Shown in pieces: positions 30,050 to 42,866 of a stretch of 64,000 nt of DNA. The notes under the pieces are model-generated. The model saw only the letters and a program-made list of their open reading frames with translations. It searched no databases and was not told where the DNA came from. The translations under genes and the position numbers were made by a program. Each line of letters starts with the position of its first letter. The stretch's first letter is position 1. This stretch comes from the human T2T-CHM13v2.0 reference genome, Homo sapiens, in assembly GCF_009914755.1 (NCBI RefSeq), contig NC_060927.1, one strand, 5' to 3'.

Positions 30050-30550
30050 AGTCTTCTTCCTTTCTAATATAACCTAATTGTTTCAAATATGCTTTTCCTC
30101 CATGTACCTCATGAGGAACTGACCTCGTAACTACCTTAGCAGGAGTATCATGATTAGGTGACAGTCATGATCTAGATAGTTACCCATGAATATGACAGAT
30201 TTGGGGGAGAGGAGGGAGGGGATGTGTAATCATTAAGACGGGTCTTCATAAGGCTTCTAGGAAAGGTTTTCTAGTTCTTAAAAAAACACACTGAAAGAAG
30301 GGATTTCTTTTCTGCCTTTGGACACTGCTGCTTCTTGATGTGACCCAAGAACTGCTGCAGCAACCTGCATACAGGACAGGAAACCTGAGGGTGGCTGGAC
30401 CCAGAAACAGAAAGAATCAGATCCTTCAGACCATTATTGAATTGTTGATCATACTGCTCCTGGAGTGGGCCTGTCTTCTTATTCCAACTTTCAGCTATGT
30501 AGGGAAAAAAAATTCCCTTACTCAAAGTATTTTAAATCAGATTTAGAAAC
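30050..30550 (+). mobile_element. Old MaLR LTR (MLT1J/K-like)
   Basis: GGCTTCTAGGAAAGGTTTT...GAACTGCTGCAGCAACCTG...CAGAAACAGAAAGAATC. Confidence 0.55.
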
Positions 30551-30646
30551 AATTTATTTCTGTCTCAGTGTCTTTGCTTACTTTTTGTTGTTGCTCACCA
30601 CATGACTCAATGACAAAATCATTTTAATTTCTCATTGGTTCTAACG

Positions 30647-30872
30647 AGGCTTGCCAGAGAAAATACAGGACATTCCAGTAAACTTAAATTTCAGATCAAC
30701 AATGAATCATTATTTTACAATAATTATGTTCCATGCAATGTTAGGGACATAGTAATACGAATAATTATTTGTCATCTATCTGAAATTCAAATTTAACTAG
30801 GATGTCCAAATTTAACTAGGATGAAACTCAATTTTAGAATATCCTATAATTTTGTCACATTTAGCAATCCTA
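30647..30872. mobile_element. MER53 palindromic hAT MITE with internal 19-bp tandem duplication
   Basis: AGGCTTGCCAGA ... TTTAGCAATCCT ends; AAATTTCAGAT/ATCTGAAATT inverted core; CAAATTTAACTAGGATG twice. Confidence 0.8.
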
Positions 30873-31190
30873 GTTCTATTAGAACAATGTTGGGAAGAAG
30901 ATTTTTAAAGTTACTTCTCAATAGCCAGTGGGGAGTAACATAAAATATTGTGCGTGATTTGATTAACAGGCATCTGACCTGATTCACAGGGCATTTGGGG
31001 ATGAGAAAAAAAGAAACTAACTCAAATTTCTATTCAAAAACATAGATGTAATAGTCAAAATGCATATGTGCAAAAAACCAAATACACGATGCCCTGATGT
31101 ATATTATGGAAATAAGCTAAAAAGGGGGGGAATTTCCTTTGACACCAATCTTGCATTACTGCTCCTAAAACATGCTTATGAAAGGCGTTG

Positions 31191-31773
31191 CAGTGGTCCC
31201 TCCTTATCCATAAGGAATATGTTCCAAGACTCACAGCCTTGGAAAGGGGTGCCTAAAACTACAGACACTACTGAACCCTATATATGCTATTTTTTCCCTA
31301 TCCATACATATCCATGATAAAGTTCAATCTATAAATTAGGTACAGCAAGAGATTAACAGTAATAACTAATAATAAAATGGAACAATTAGAACAATATTCC
31401 TGCATCGCTACTCTTGAGCTTTGGAGCCATTACTAAGTAAAATAAGGCCTACTTAAACACAAGCATTGCTATACTGCAACAATTGATAGGTTAACCAACA
31501 TAGTTACTAAGTGAGCTGATAACGAGGATAGCTACTAAGTGACTAAGGGGCAGGGTGTCGCATACGTGACTTGCATGCTCTGGACAAAGGGCTGATCCAC
31601 ATCCTGGGTAGAGCCAAGCCAGATGGTGCAAGATTTCATCAAGCTATTCAGAATGGCTTGCAATTTAAAACTTATGAATTTTTATTTCTGGAACTTTTAA
31701 TTTAATGTTTTTGAACAATTTGACCACAGGTAACTAAAAGTGCTAAATGCAAACCGCAGGTATTGGGGACTGT
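31191..31773 (-). mobile_element. MER44B-like (TcMar-Tigger)
   Basis: CAGTGGTCCCTCCTTATCC ... GGTATTGGGGACTG terminal repeats. Confidence 0.85.
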
Positions 31774-33418
31774 ACTTATAAACTAACTCCTACTTTTTGT
31801 TATCAACCCAGGCTCACATCTGTTCAGATAGAGCTTTATATTGGAGATCTGCAGATACGTCATTTAGCCTCTGCATCAATTAAAAACAATTCATAATATT
31901 TAATGAAGAGAGATTAGGGAAAGAGTTAGCTAGTTTACTCTGTTGGTAAAAGTGCACGAGAATGTGATAAATAAAGTTCTGCATTTGAGGCCCAGAAAAT
32001 ATAAATAGAAAAAAGGAAATTTAAAAATGGGCATGTATTTTCTTATTTTTGTAAGTGTTTTTAAGGTTTTAAGCAATGTCTTTAACCTTACATTTTTAAT
32101 GTCTAAAATGGGAAAACAACTTGTTACCGTATAATATTTCGTTGGTGGGTGTGAAAGCACTTCACAGATAATAAGTCCTAGTGAAATTATAAGTTAGCCT
32201 TATGAGTACCTCAGTTAAAATAGGTTCCATTAAAATCATCAAGTAAAGAACTCAAATTCTGGAAATACTGTCACCACTGCAAAGCACAAGTTGATTTCAA
32301 CTTCTCTTTCGAAGAACCCATTTTACATCACGACTTCCCTCTAAAAAGGTCAATTTCTTTTGTGCAGATCGGATTATCAAATTATCCTGTGATGCAGATG
32401 CTCTCCATAGCAGGCAACTAGGTACTATGAACTCTGTAAATATTTTTCTAAAGAGCAAATGTGGACCTCTTTCTTCTATATTAATGACATTTATTTGAAA
32501 ATTTTTTCTTAAATTTACAAATGAAGATTGTTCAACTTGTCATATTTGAAACTTTGACCTTCCAATTTGATTATGTTGACTTTCAGCATTTATCTGTAGA
32601 ACTATAGATAAATTGGAATGCTTTATTAAAAAGCAATTCTCCTGCCACAGGGGAAATAAATGGAATAAGTTATTAAGTTCATTTTAAAACTTTGATTATT
32701 TTAGAACTAAAAATATACATTACCTACAGTAGCCTGTGGAAGCTAAACTGTTTTTGAGATCTCAGAGGTTTACAGGAAGAAATGTTTGTAAATTGTTAAT
32801 CAGGATAAACACATTTCAATCAAACACATAGAAATTATAATTGTTCTTTAAAACTCTCACTTTCAAGATATTGCCAGAGTAAATGATTATCTTCTAATTA
32901 TACAATTGTTCTTGCAACATTTCAGTTCCAATCAACATTGTTATGGTACAAAGATACAGAACAAAATGAAATATCTTTACTAACATAAAATAATCTATAA
33001 TATTACAACTACACCTGCATTATTTCTAGGACCTTTGCCTCTTTTTGCACAAAAGAGAAAAGTTGATTAATTTCAACACTTTTTGAATTGAAATGTGTTT
33101 TCCTAATAGTACAATGGTGTTGTTTGGTGAGAAATGCTAATGCAAACTTAAAATATATTTGTGAGCACAGAAAAACTCAATAGCAACTTTTTATTTTATT
33201 CTATTTTATTTTATTTATGGCAGAAGGAAGGAAAGATAAGTTCGAAGAAGATATTTCTAGACATTAATACATACAAAAATAAAATTAAAAGTTCTCTAAT
33301 TCATGTTAAAACAATTTGTTGGGGAAAAAAGAATTTTAAAGTGTGTGACAATGTCACCATAAAATCTTCAATTTAAAGGCTTAGATATGTCAAAAAGCTT
33401 TTTGATAGTTGGAAATAC

Positions 33419-33710
33419 TTTTTTTTTTTTAATTTTTTTGAGACAGAGTCTCGTTCTGTCACCCAGGCTGGAGTGCAGTGACGTGATCTCGGATCACTGC
33501 AACCTCCTCCTCCCAGGTTCCAGCAATTCTCTGCCTCAGCCTCCCGAGTAGTTGGGGCCTGCCACCACGCCCGGCTAATTTTTTATATTTTTAGTAGAAA
33601 CGAGGTTTCACCATCTTGACCAGGCTGGTCTTGAATTCCTGACCTCATGATCCACCTGCCTCGGCCTCCCAAAGTGCTGGGATTATAGGCAAGAGCCACC
33701 ATGCCCGGCC
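33419..33710 (-). mobile_element. AluSg7-like
   Basis: AATTCTCTGCCTC and CACCATCTTG variants; TSD TTGGAAAT(A/G)C. Confidence 0.95.
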
Positions 33711-33896
33711 TTGGAAATGCTTTTAAAAAAAGAAATAGAAAAGAAAATCCATAGGCCATAGAAAAAGAAATTATTGGTTTTGTAAGTATGCGGTTGTAAG
33801 GAATGTCCTTCTTGAAGAAAAGGTTTTTTACTGAGGATGGAGATAGATATGTATATATCTCATAATTCTCAGTGTTGAGAGAGATAGAGAAGAAAG

Positions 33897-33980
33897 AGAA
33901 GGAAGGAAGGAAGGAAGGAAGGAAGGAAGGAAGGAAGGAAGGAAGGAAGGAAGGAAGGAAAGAAGGAAGGAAGGAAGGAA
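33897..33980 (+). repeat. GGAA microsatellite: (GGAA)15 AGAA (GGAA)4
   Basis: Counted directly; 33901-33960 uninterrupted. Confidence 0.97.
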
Positions 33981-35108
33981 GGGACATTTAGCTAATCAGA
34001 AGTAGAGTAGGCAATTTAATCATTGACCACAGTGATGCTAGTGATTGGTGTGAGGTTACTGTAGCCAAGGTGGTCAACTTATATGTCTAAGTGGGACAAT
34101 CCCTAAAAGCAGTCAATAAGGTTCTACAGAAGTGTGATTCTCAGATTATTAGATCTCACCAAGTGAGATTCTTTGACATCCCAGTAGCAATTCTATGTCA
34201 TTGCATTCATATTGCATTGCATTGACATTGCCTTCATATTGCATTTTATGACATCCCAGTAGCAATAAGCAATAAAACTAGACCTTAGTTCCTAATATCA
34301 CAATTTATTAAAATAATTTAGGGTTGCTTGGAGAAATTGTTGACTCTCTGGCCAGGTAAGAGAAAATGCAAAATAAGCTTGAATAATCTTCTTATTTAAG
34401 AAAGTAATATAGTATTCAAAACATGATAAGGGCATGTCCAAAGGATATGGGAGTCTGCTTGGAGGATTCCAATGGCCAAATATAAGAAAAATAAGCAATA
34501 AAATAAAATAAATAATAAAAGCATATAATCTATAAAATGACAACAACAAAAAGGATTCACCAGTTTATGCTGAATGAATAAATGGTGTTGAAAGAAAATG
34601 GCATGCTCACAATAGAATGCCAACTAATAAGTGTAGAAAGGAGGATGTCTATAGAAAAATTATCACCCTGTAGTAATTTTTGATCTAAGCAAGGATCATC
34701 ATGAAGTATAAAACTAGCATGTGAAGGTTTTGAGTAATAGAATATTTATGTAGTCTCCAGGTATCTCTCTGAAAATTATTAATCACAAGGGAAATAAGGT
34801 AACATTTTAGTAAAGAAACCTTGAATACACCACCTTAACCATTTATTAAGTTAATATAATGGGTCAAGAAGACCTCGTATGGCTCCTGATAACCTGCTCT
34901 GAGAAGGAGGAAACATCAGTTCCATAAGATTCCTGTCTAAAAGGCATCGTCTGAGCCTAACTCAGGCCTATGTTGTATGAAGAAACATCACACAAACCTC
35001 AATTGAGGAATATTCTGCCAAAGAATTGTCCTGTACTACTCAAAAAAATCACGGTCATGAAGACAAAGGGGAATTAAAGAAGTGTTCCAGATTAAAGTGG
35101 ACTAAAGA

Positions 35109-35391
35109 GGCCAGGCATGGTGGCTCATGCCTGTAATCCCAGCACTTTGGGAGGCTGTGGGGGCGGATCATGAAGTCATGAGTCCAAGACCAGCCTGGTC
35201 AGATGGTGAAGTCCCGTCTCTACTAAAAACTACAAAAAATTAGCCAGGCGTGGTGGCCGGTGCCTGTAATCCCAGCTACTCCAGAGGCTGAGGCAGGAGA
35301 ATCGCTTGAACCCAGGTGGCAGAGGTTGTGGTAGACCGAGATTGCGCCACTGCTCTTCATCCATGGAGTGAGACTCCGTCTCAAAAAAAAA
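35109..35391 (+). mobile_element. AluSg-like
   Basis: Two arms, A tail; TSD core GACTAAAGA. Confidence 0.93.
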
Positions 35392-35572
35392 TTGACTAAA
35401 GAGACATGACACCTGAATGCAACGCCTTAGACTGGATTGGATCTTGGACTTGGAAGAAATAACTGTAAAGAACATTATTGAGATAATTAACAAATTTGAT
35501 TATAGATTACAAGTAAGACAAATATTTTATGTGTGTAAAATTTTCTGATTTTAATAATTGTACTGTGATTAT

Positions 35573-37909
35573 TGTCTTGCTCTATTTGGTGCTGCTATAA
35601 CAGAATACCTAAGACTGGGTAATTTATAATCAACAGAAATTTATTGGCTCACAGTTCTAGAGCCTGGGAAGTCCAAGATCAAGTCACAAGCATCTGGTGA
35701 GGGCCTTCTTGAGTGCAAGAGAGTGAACCCACACAGGACTGGGTTCACTCTCTTGCACTCTTGCTGATCCTCACAAGGAAGAAGGAAGATCAGCAAGGGT
35801 GCAAGACAGTGAACCCAGTTCTATGCGCCCTTTCTATAATGGTATTCATCTATTCATAAAAGCAGAGTCCTCAAGACCTAAACACCTCTCATTAGATTCT
35901 ACCTCCCAATACGGTCTCATTGGGGATTAAATTTTCAACATATGAATTCCAAAGGACCAATTCAACCCAAAGCATTCTGCCTCTGACCCATCAAATTTAT
36001 TTCCTTCTAACATGCAAAATGCATTTATTTTAAAAGGTAGAAATAGGCAAAAAGAAAGTAGTAACAGGTCCCAAGCAAGTTCATAACACAACAGAGTGAA
36101 GAACACTGAATTCTAAGGTATGAAAATAATCTTTGTCGCCATGTTCCACCATCCAAACACTGGGAAAGGAGTTGGGCCCTAAGGCCTCAATAATCCCTGA
36201 AAACTACTGTTTTCTACTACTGTTAGAATGATACAGCAATTATTACCAATACCCTACTCATGGTTCCAGCCCCTGTGACTTTTCTGGGCTCAGCCCACAC
36301 AGCAACTGTCACAGGTTGGACTCATGCCTGCAGCTCTCCCAGGCTGGTATTGCACCCTTGTGGCTCTGCAGTTCTGGGGTCTTGAAGGTGGCTCCATTCA
36401 CATGGATTCATTAAACATTGCCCTGTCAGGGACTCTCTGGGGTGACTCTGCCCCCGTGGCCAATCTCTACAGCATTCATTAAATCTAGATGGAGAAAATC
36501 ATGTCTCCAATTGCCATGTATCCTGCATGATTATAAAACTAGCATCACATGAATGCCACTAAGGTTTATGGCTTATACCTCTAAAGTAGTGGCTGGAGAC
36601 ACACTTGGGCCTGCTTGAAACACAGCTGGGGTGGCTGAGGAGTGCAGCATCAAAATGAGGGAAGAAGAGGCCTAAGGTGGCTTTGGACAGTGAGCACTGA
36701 GGTCCCATGGGCACCAAGGATCTCTCCCTCAAAATCTCTCTGCCCTCAAGGCCCTGGCATTCTGGGCCTGTAATCAGAGTGGAGACTTGCCACTCTGAAA
36801 TGCCTGCAGGGTCACTCCCCATTTCCTTGATGAATGGCTCCTGGCTTCCTTCTATCTACACTAGTCTTCTTATCAAACAGTCCTTTGGCCACACCCCTGT
36901 TTTTTTTTTTTTTTTTCTCCTAAACAGGTCATTTATTCTTACATGGCCAGGTTGGGGATTTTCCAAATCTCTTCATTCTTCTACTCTTTTGATTGTAAAT
37001 TTTAAGTCATTTCTCTCTTCTTGCATTTTACTATATATAGTAAAGAGAAGAGACAAAATTCCCTCAATGCTTTGCAGCTTACAGATTGCTTCTGGCAGAT
37101 ATCCTAGTTCATAGCTCTTAAATTCTGCCTTCCATAAAGCCCTAGGGCACGGATACAATTCAGCCAAGTTCTTTGCCACTTTAGAACAAGTGAAAAACTT
37201 GTTCTAACAAATTTAGAAATGCCATTGCCTTTCCTCCAGTTTCCAGTATCTTATTCCACATTTCCCTCTGAGACTTCCTCAGTATGGCCTTTACTTTCTG
37301 TATTTCTACTAACATTCTGTTCATGACTATAAACAGCTTTTATCTTCTTTTCATCTCTCACTAGCATTGCCCTTAATGTTCAGTTCACAGAAATTAGGAC
37401 TTTTAAAGCCTGGTGCTTCAAATTCTTTCAGCTTCCACCCATTACCAACTTCTAAAACTGCTTTCACATTTTCAGGTATTTGTCAGCAATGCCCCACTCC
37501 TGGTACCAATTTCCTTTATAGCTCATTTTGTGCTGCTATAACAAAATACCAAATATTGGGTAATTTATAATGAACATAAATTTATTGACTCATGTTTCTG
37601 GAGGCTGGGAAGTCCAAAATCATAGCACTGACGTCTTGTGTCTGCAGAGAGTCTTCTTTCTGTGTCTTTACATGAAGGAAGGTACAAAGAAAAGAAGAAA
37701 TAAATGTTGTGTCCTTACATGGCAAAAGAGTGAAAGAGAGTGAATTCACTCCCAACAGCCTTTTATTATAGCAGCATTAATCTATTCGTGAGGGCAAAGT
37801 CCTCACAATCTAAAAACTTCCCATTAGGTCTGACCTTTCAATACTGTTGCATTCAGGATTAAGTTTCAAAATGAGTTTTGGGGGCGACAAAAACATTCAA
37901 ACCATAGCA
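35573..37909 (-). mobile_element. Complete MST-family MaLR provirus (LTR ~35573-35974, internal region, LTR ~37515-37909)
   Basis: Two related LTRs (GTGCTGCTATAACA.AATACC...GGGAAGTCCAA.ATC), MaLR internal motifs (CCACTCCTGGTACCAATTT); TSD ATTAT/AGTAT. Confidence 0.9.
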
Positions 37910-38182
37910 AGTATGAAAGAATGTTATTTTTCTTAAAAAGGAGACAATGAATTACTTAGGGTAAAGTGGCATTATCTGACATTTACTCTCATATAATTCA
38001 AGGGAAAAATACAACCAGACCAGGAGAGGGAGAGAATTATGCAACAAATGAAAACAATGTTAATTCATAAATCTGAGTAAAGAGTAAATGTAAATTCTTT
38101 ACAGCATATTCAGACTTTTTAAAATAAGTATTAAATTAAATCAAAATTTAAATTTACCAAAATTCATTTTCTATCTGTCTCA

Positions 38183-39155
38183 ATGCATGCTGGCTTCATG
38201 GATGTATAACCTACATTGTCACGCAGGCCTCATGTGCAGAAACTCCTCACACTTGACTTAATGCTGTCCTGTTGCTGTCTTAAAATTCTTAATAATCTTA
38301 CCTTTGAATTGTATTTTGTAAGCCAAGTCACATAGAACAATGGAGCAAAGAAGATAAGCACAATATGTACACATTGTGCCCCGCTGCCATATATGCATAT
38401 AGTGTTCATGGTGTCCTGAGAGTGCCTAATTCCAGTGGAACCACCATAAAAGCAAGTACAAGTAAGTGAGCTACTTCTTCAATGGAGTAATTATGCTAAC
38501 AACCCAGAGATTCCATGCTTTCCTTTTGAACAGGGCTTGGTTCAAATACAGGAAAAAGGCGATGGCATTCTAAGAAACAGAAATGATCAAGGAACCCTGT
38601 TATATTTCTCTTATTTATGATATTCCTGTACTAACCAAACACCAAAGCTGAAAATAATGCCATAGAAGGAAAAGGAAAGACAGGGAGCTCATTGATCCTT
38701 TTTTTCAGTCCTTTCTTACTCAGCAAGACAAAGGTAAAGCATGTTAATAGACACTGCACACTTCAAGGAGCTAAAAACATTGGAGTCAGTTTTGTGCGGT
38801 ATTTCCACTGTTCCAGTAAGAACAAAATAAATATGTGATATGAGCTACTAAATATGAATTGTGTAATTTTGGCTATTCTGGATATGAGTTAAATGTTCTT
38901 ACTTTTGCATTTAAAACTTTCATTGTACACTACAAATATAAACAATAAACGCTACGCTAAAATTTAAAAGGCTAATTTTTCTTAATTTAGAAAAACATTA
39001 AATAGCAAATATAACTTCTGGGAAGTCAAGAAAGAAACTGCAGCAGCAGAAAAAACACTTTACATTGTAATACCTTTCATTTTTTTTTTTTGCTTTTTGA
39101 AGAAGTGGCCTCACATTTTTCATGTTGCACTGGATCTGGAAGCTTGTGTATACTC
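38183..39155 (+). mobile_element. MER45B-like hAT-Tip100 element
   Basis: GGCTTCATGGATGT...AAATTCTTAATAAT start and CACATTTTTCATGTTGCACTGG end. Confidence 0.75.
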
Positions 39156-39559
39156 AAATCCTCCCCAGTAGAAGCGACATTGTTGCATTATGTCAGAATC
39201 TCATTTTTACTTCTCTATCACTAACAGCATCTTTTAAATGTTTTCCTATGAAAACCTATGCAGTTCTCACTGCTCTGACTGCAGGGACAACCTTATTCAT
39301 CTGATTTAGCTTCAAACACGGCACAAAGGTATGAATCTTTGGTATTTATAAAAGCTCATAAAACAATTCATTTTTAGAGCCCACCATTTGTGGAACAATG
39401 CTTAAAACCTGGATCAAATCCAGAGAAGAAAACCCAAGGAAGTCAGTGATTTAACCATTTGTTGCCAGAGGAACCACTGAAAGAATTATTTTGTGTCAAA
39501 AGTGGAAAAATCTGGGTGGCGTAGGAACATGAAAAGCTGTCCCCAGTTATAAGACTATA

Positions 39560-39800
39560 ATAAGATTAGCTGCTGCCTGTTACTGAGTGCTTGCTATGTG
39601 CTCGACTTTCTGCCAGGTGCTTCACTAAACTTTTATTTCCTCCTTGAAACAGTTTTTTGAGGTAGATACTTTTATCTCATTTGATAGATAAGAAAGGGGC
39701 ATGGAGAAATGGAAGGTCACACAACTCATAAGATGTACAGCTGATAATTAAACTTACATCTGCCCTAATACCAAATCTTGGCTGTTAATCTCTACCCTAC
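39560..39800 (-). mobile_element. MIR
   Basis: TACTGAGTGCTTGCTATGTG...GAGGTAGATACTTTTATCTCATTT...AAGGTCACACA. Confidence 0.65.
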
Positions 39801-40179
39801 AGTCTAAGAGCATTTGTTTAGTACAACTGAAGAGGTAAATTGAGAACAATGAGAGTAAAAATTATTGGGAGAAATATTTGATTTCAAGATAAAAGCATGG
39901 ATCATTTTTATAGCCCCTGGTTTATGGAACAACATTTAAACCCTGGACCAAATCTAAGGGAGAAAACCCAGATAAGTGGGTGACTTAGCTACTTGTTTCA
40001 TGAAGAACGACTGAAAAACCATGGAAAAATCAAAGTGCTCTGAAAGCTGCCAGTAAACAGAAGGCATTGTCCTTCAAAGTTATGGGCTTACCGCCACTAG
40101 TAATACTAGAAACAGCTTGAATGAACTTTGTAAGAGCATTTGTTAGAAAAGGTAATAGAATTTCAAAGGTAAAATCAAG

Positions 40180-40400
40180 GGTGATTGTGGACAAAGAACT
40201 TGAATTTGATTTCTATTTTAGCATTAAATAATTGTGAGATTTGAGGAAATTATTTAACCTGTCCAAGACTAAGTTTCCTCATCTGTGAAATAGGAATAAT
40301 AATGCAACATGAGTTGCTGTGAAGATTGAATATACAGTGAAGCACTCACTTCAGTACCTTGCATAGACAGCACCTATTCAGGAAGGATAACAATAACTAT
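40180..40400 (+). mobile_element. MIR
   Basis: TTATTTAACCT...AGTTTCCTCATCTGTGAAATAGGAATAATAAT core. Confidence 0.75.
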
Positions 40401-40726
40401 TTTGGTGTTCATGTGTGTGACAAAGGCAGTGATAAGAAAGGATTTCTACTTTGATTGAGGTATTGGACTAGGTAATATTAGAACTTTCTTCAATTATGAA
40501 TTTATATAGAAAATGGGTCAATATCTAAAACTGTGAACTTGGCAGAAAGTTCAAGGCAGAAGTTAAAGATAGATAGAAAGATAGTAACTGGGATTTAAAC
40601 TGAAACCCCAGGCACAGGTGGAGAATAAAGGCAGGATATAAATACCAAACACACTATTTCGGCATGAGGGAAGTGATTCTGTACCTGAGGAAGGTGAAGA
40701 AGGGCTGGAGGTTATATATTGCTCTC

Positions 40727-40910
40727 TAGCTATGTTCTCTAACATGGTAGCCACTAGAGTCATATGGCTGTAAAAATTTAAAAATCATGTTTTTAGTTTT
40801 TTTGTCATATTTGTAATTCCCAATAGCTGCATGCACCTAATGGTTACTGTCTTGGATAAAGAAGATGGAGAACATTTGCATCATTGCAGACAGCTCTATC
40901 GGACAGTGCC
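40727..40910 (-). mobile_element. MER3-like hAT element
   Basis: ATGGTAGCCACTAG ... GAACATTTGCATCATTGCAGACAGCTCTATCGGACAGTGC. Confidence 0.75.
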
Positions 40911-41039
40911 TATCTTCAGAAAAAGGCAAAGTGCTACTAGATCCTCAGACTAGATCCCTATTTTCTCTTCTTATTACGTCTAGCCACTTAATTTCCCCTT
41001 CCCTTGCTGACTATTTCGAAGGAAACCAAGAAAAGCTCT

Positions 41040-41582
41040 GTGGTAAGCAGAATTTTAAGAAAGCTTCCCAAATTTCCATCACTGGTATACACATCCTACG
41101 TAATCTTACTCCTTTGAGTGTGCGTGGGCCTAACCTACTCAGATAGGCCCTTTTAAATGAGGATCAAGAAATAAGACAAAGGAGAAGCCAGCAATTCAAA
41201 GCAACAGAGACATTCTGTTGCTAGCCTTAAAAGGAGCAAATGGCAATGTTGTGGAGAAAGCCATATAGCAGGGAATAGCAGGCAGATTCTAGAAACTCAG
41301 AGCAACCCTTGTCAATAGTAAGCACGAAAACTGGGATCTTGGTCCTACAATCAAAGGGAAATGAATTATGTCAACAACCTGAATGGCCTCAGAAGAGGAC
41401 TCTGACCCTCAGATGAAAACCCAGCCATGATCAACACCTTGATATCAACCTTGTGGGATGCTAAGCAAAGAACCCAGTTGAGCCCTGCCTGGACTTTGGA
41501 CCTACAGAAATTTTAAATGGATATTGTTTCAAGCTCCCAAATGTGTGACACATTTGTTATGCTATAATAGAAAGCTAACATA
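41040..41582 (+). mobile_element. MLT1E/F-like LTR
   Basis: TGTGGTAAGCAGAATT ... ATTTGTTATGCTATAATAGAAAGCTAACA. Confidence 0.8.
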
Positions 41583-41617
41583 AGCCACTTGTAAACACAA
41601 TAACACACACACACATA

Positions 41618-42087
41618 TGTGAAGCCCATTCACCATGCACTGGTTATCAACTTGTCTGAGGCTGGTAAGACAGAACACTTATGCATGTAAGTTACAGGAA
41701 GTTACAGGAAGCAGATGTATTACTTACAAATAGGCAGCAAAGGGCAGCAGAAGCCTAGGACTCATTGTGAGTCAGTTCTCTTAGGCTCAGGAAAGCTGCC
41801 TGGGGCAGATGGAGTCTCCACTGTGCATGCCCCACTTGCACCACAGCTGAGGGACCCTGAAGGGCAGGTTGCTCCAGGGTATATACCTCAGGGGCAACAT
41901 AAAATGCTGGGCAAAAGTATTGAAATTTCTAGGGCAGAGAGAAAAAGCCTGTCATGTTCCAACCAGTCCCTTCCTTATCTCAGGATATTATATTCTCAAA
42001 ACACGCTACAATTTTTTCCTGAGAACTGCAAATGAAAAAGGGGAGAGAAATGGGTCAGTCCAAGGCCACCCAGAGAACTGTCCTGCA
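41618..42087 (-). mobile_element. Solo LTR (LTR47-like) inserted in a CA-rich tract
   Basis: TG...CA ends with exact 5-bp TSD ACATA (41613-41617 / 42088-42092). Confidence 0.8.
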
Positions 42088-42866
42088 ACATACACACACA
42101 CAGAGACAAACTCACCCACACTCATACATGCACACACTCATACACACACACATACACACACACATTTTTTTCTCCTTTAAAGCACACTAAAATATAGATT
42201 TTTAAAAACATAATGTGTTTTTGTTTCACTAGGATAAAGGTTTAAATGAAAATATGTTCAAAGTTTTACTGCTGGCAATGGCAGAGGCACAGAAAAGAGG
42301 TGAGGCAATTAGCTGGGATTCCAGCATTTTCACATTTTCTTTAAATAGAATCAAATGTACTTGATTCTCAACAACTCTGAAAAAGAAAAGAATACATTTA
42401 TACTGTAACAAAGAGAACCCTTCCAAAGTGTTTGTTGTCTGCTTAAGATACCAATTTATCCCACATCATGGTTGAAATTGTTCTCCTATTTTCAGGTTAG
42501 ATATCTGTACTCCAAGAGCCCCTGTTGATGTGTATTGTATTATGTCATATGTGGGTAAAGAGGGAACGGGTCTCATGAAAACTTGCTGCTAGCTTAACAC
42601 AAGCTGATCTCTCACTTTCTAATAGAAAACAGACCTAAAGAGAATGGGCTTACTATGAGACAAGCTTGGAAAGGGAGGAGAGGAAATGGGAAAGATCAGG
42701 AAGTGTTTGCACAGCAGGCAGATCAGGATGGGCCCCTCTGTGAGCACCCTTCCCTGAGACAGAACAGCTGGAACACATGCCAGGCACCCAGAGGGCAAGG
42801 ATGAAGCTTCAGAAAGGGGAAGTGAAGAAGACTGAGACTAATTTTACCCACTTGATAATTTTGCTC

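Larger units (their letters stand above)
34280..38160 (+). mobile_element. L1MC/ME 3' region interrupted by an Alu and the MST provirus
   Basis: CATGATAAGGGCATGTCCAAAGG..., GTTCCAGATTAAAG...GACATGACACCTGAATGCAA; continues across the insertion (TACTGTGATTAT|GAAAGAATG). Confidence 0.7.
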
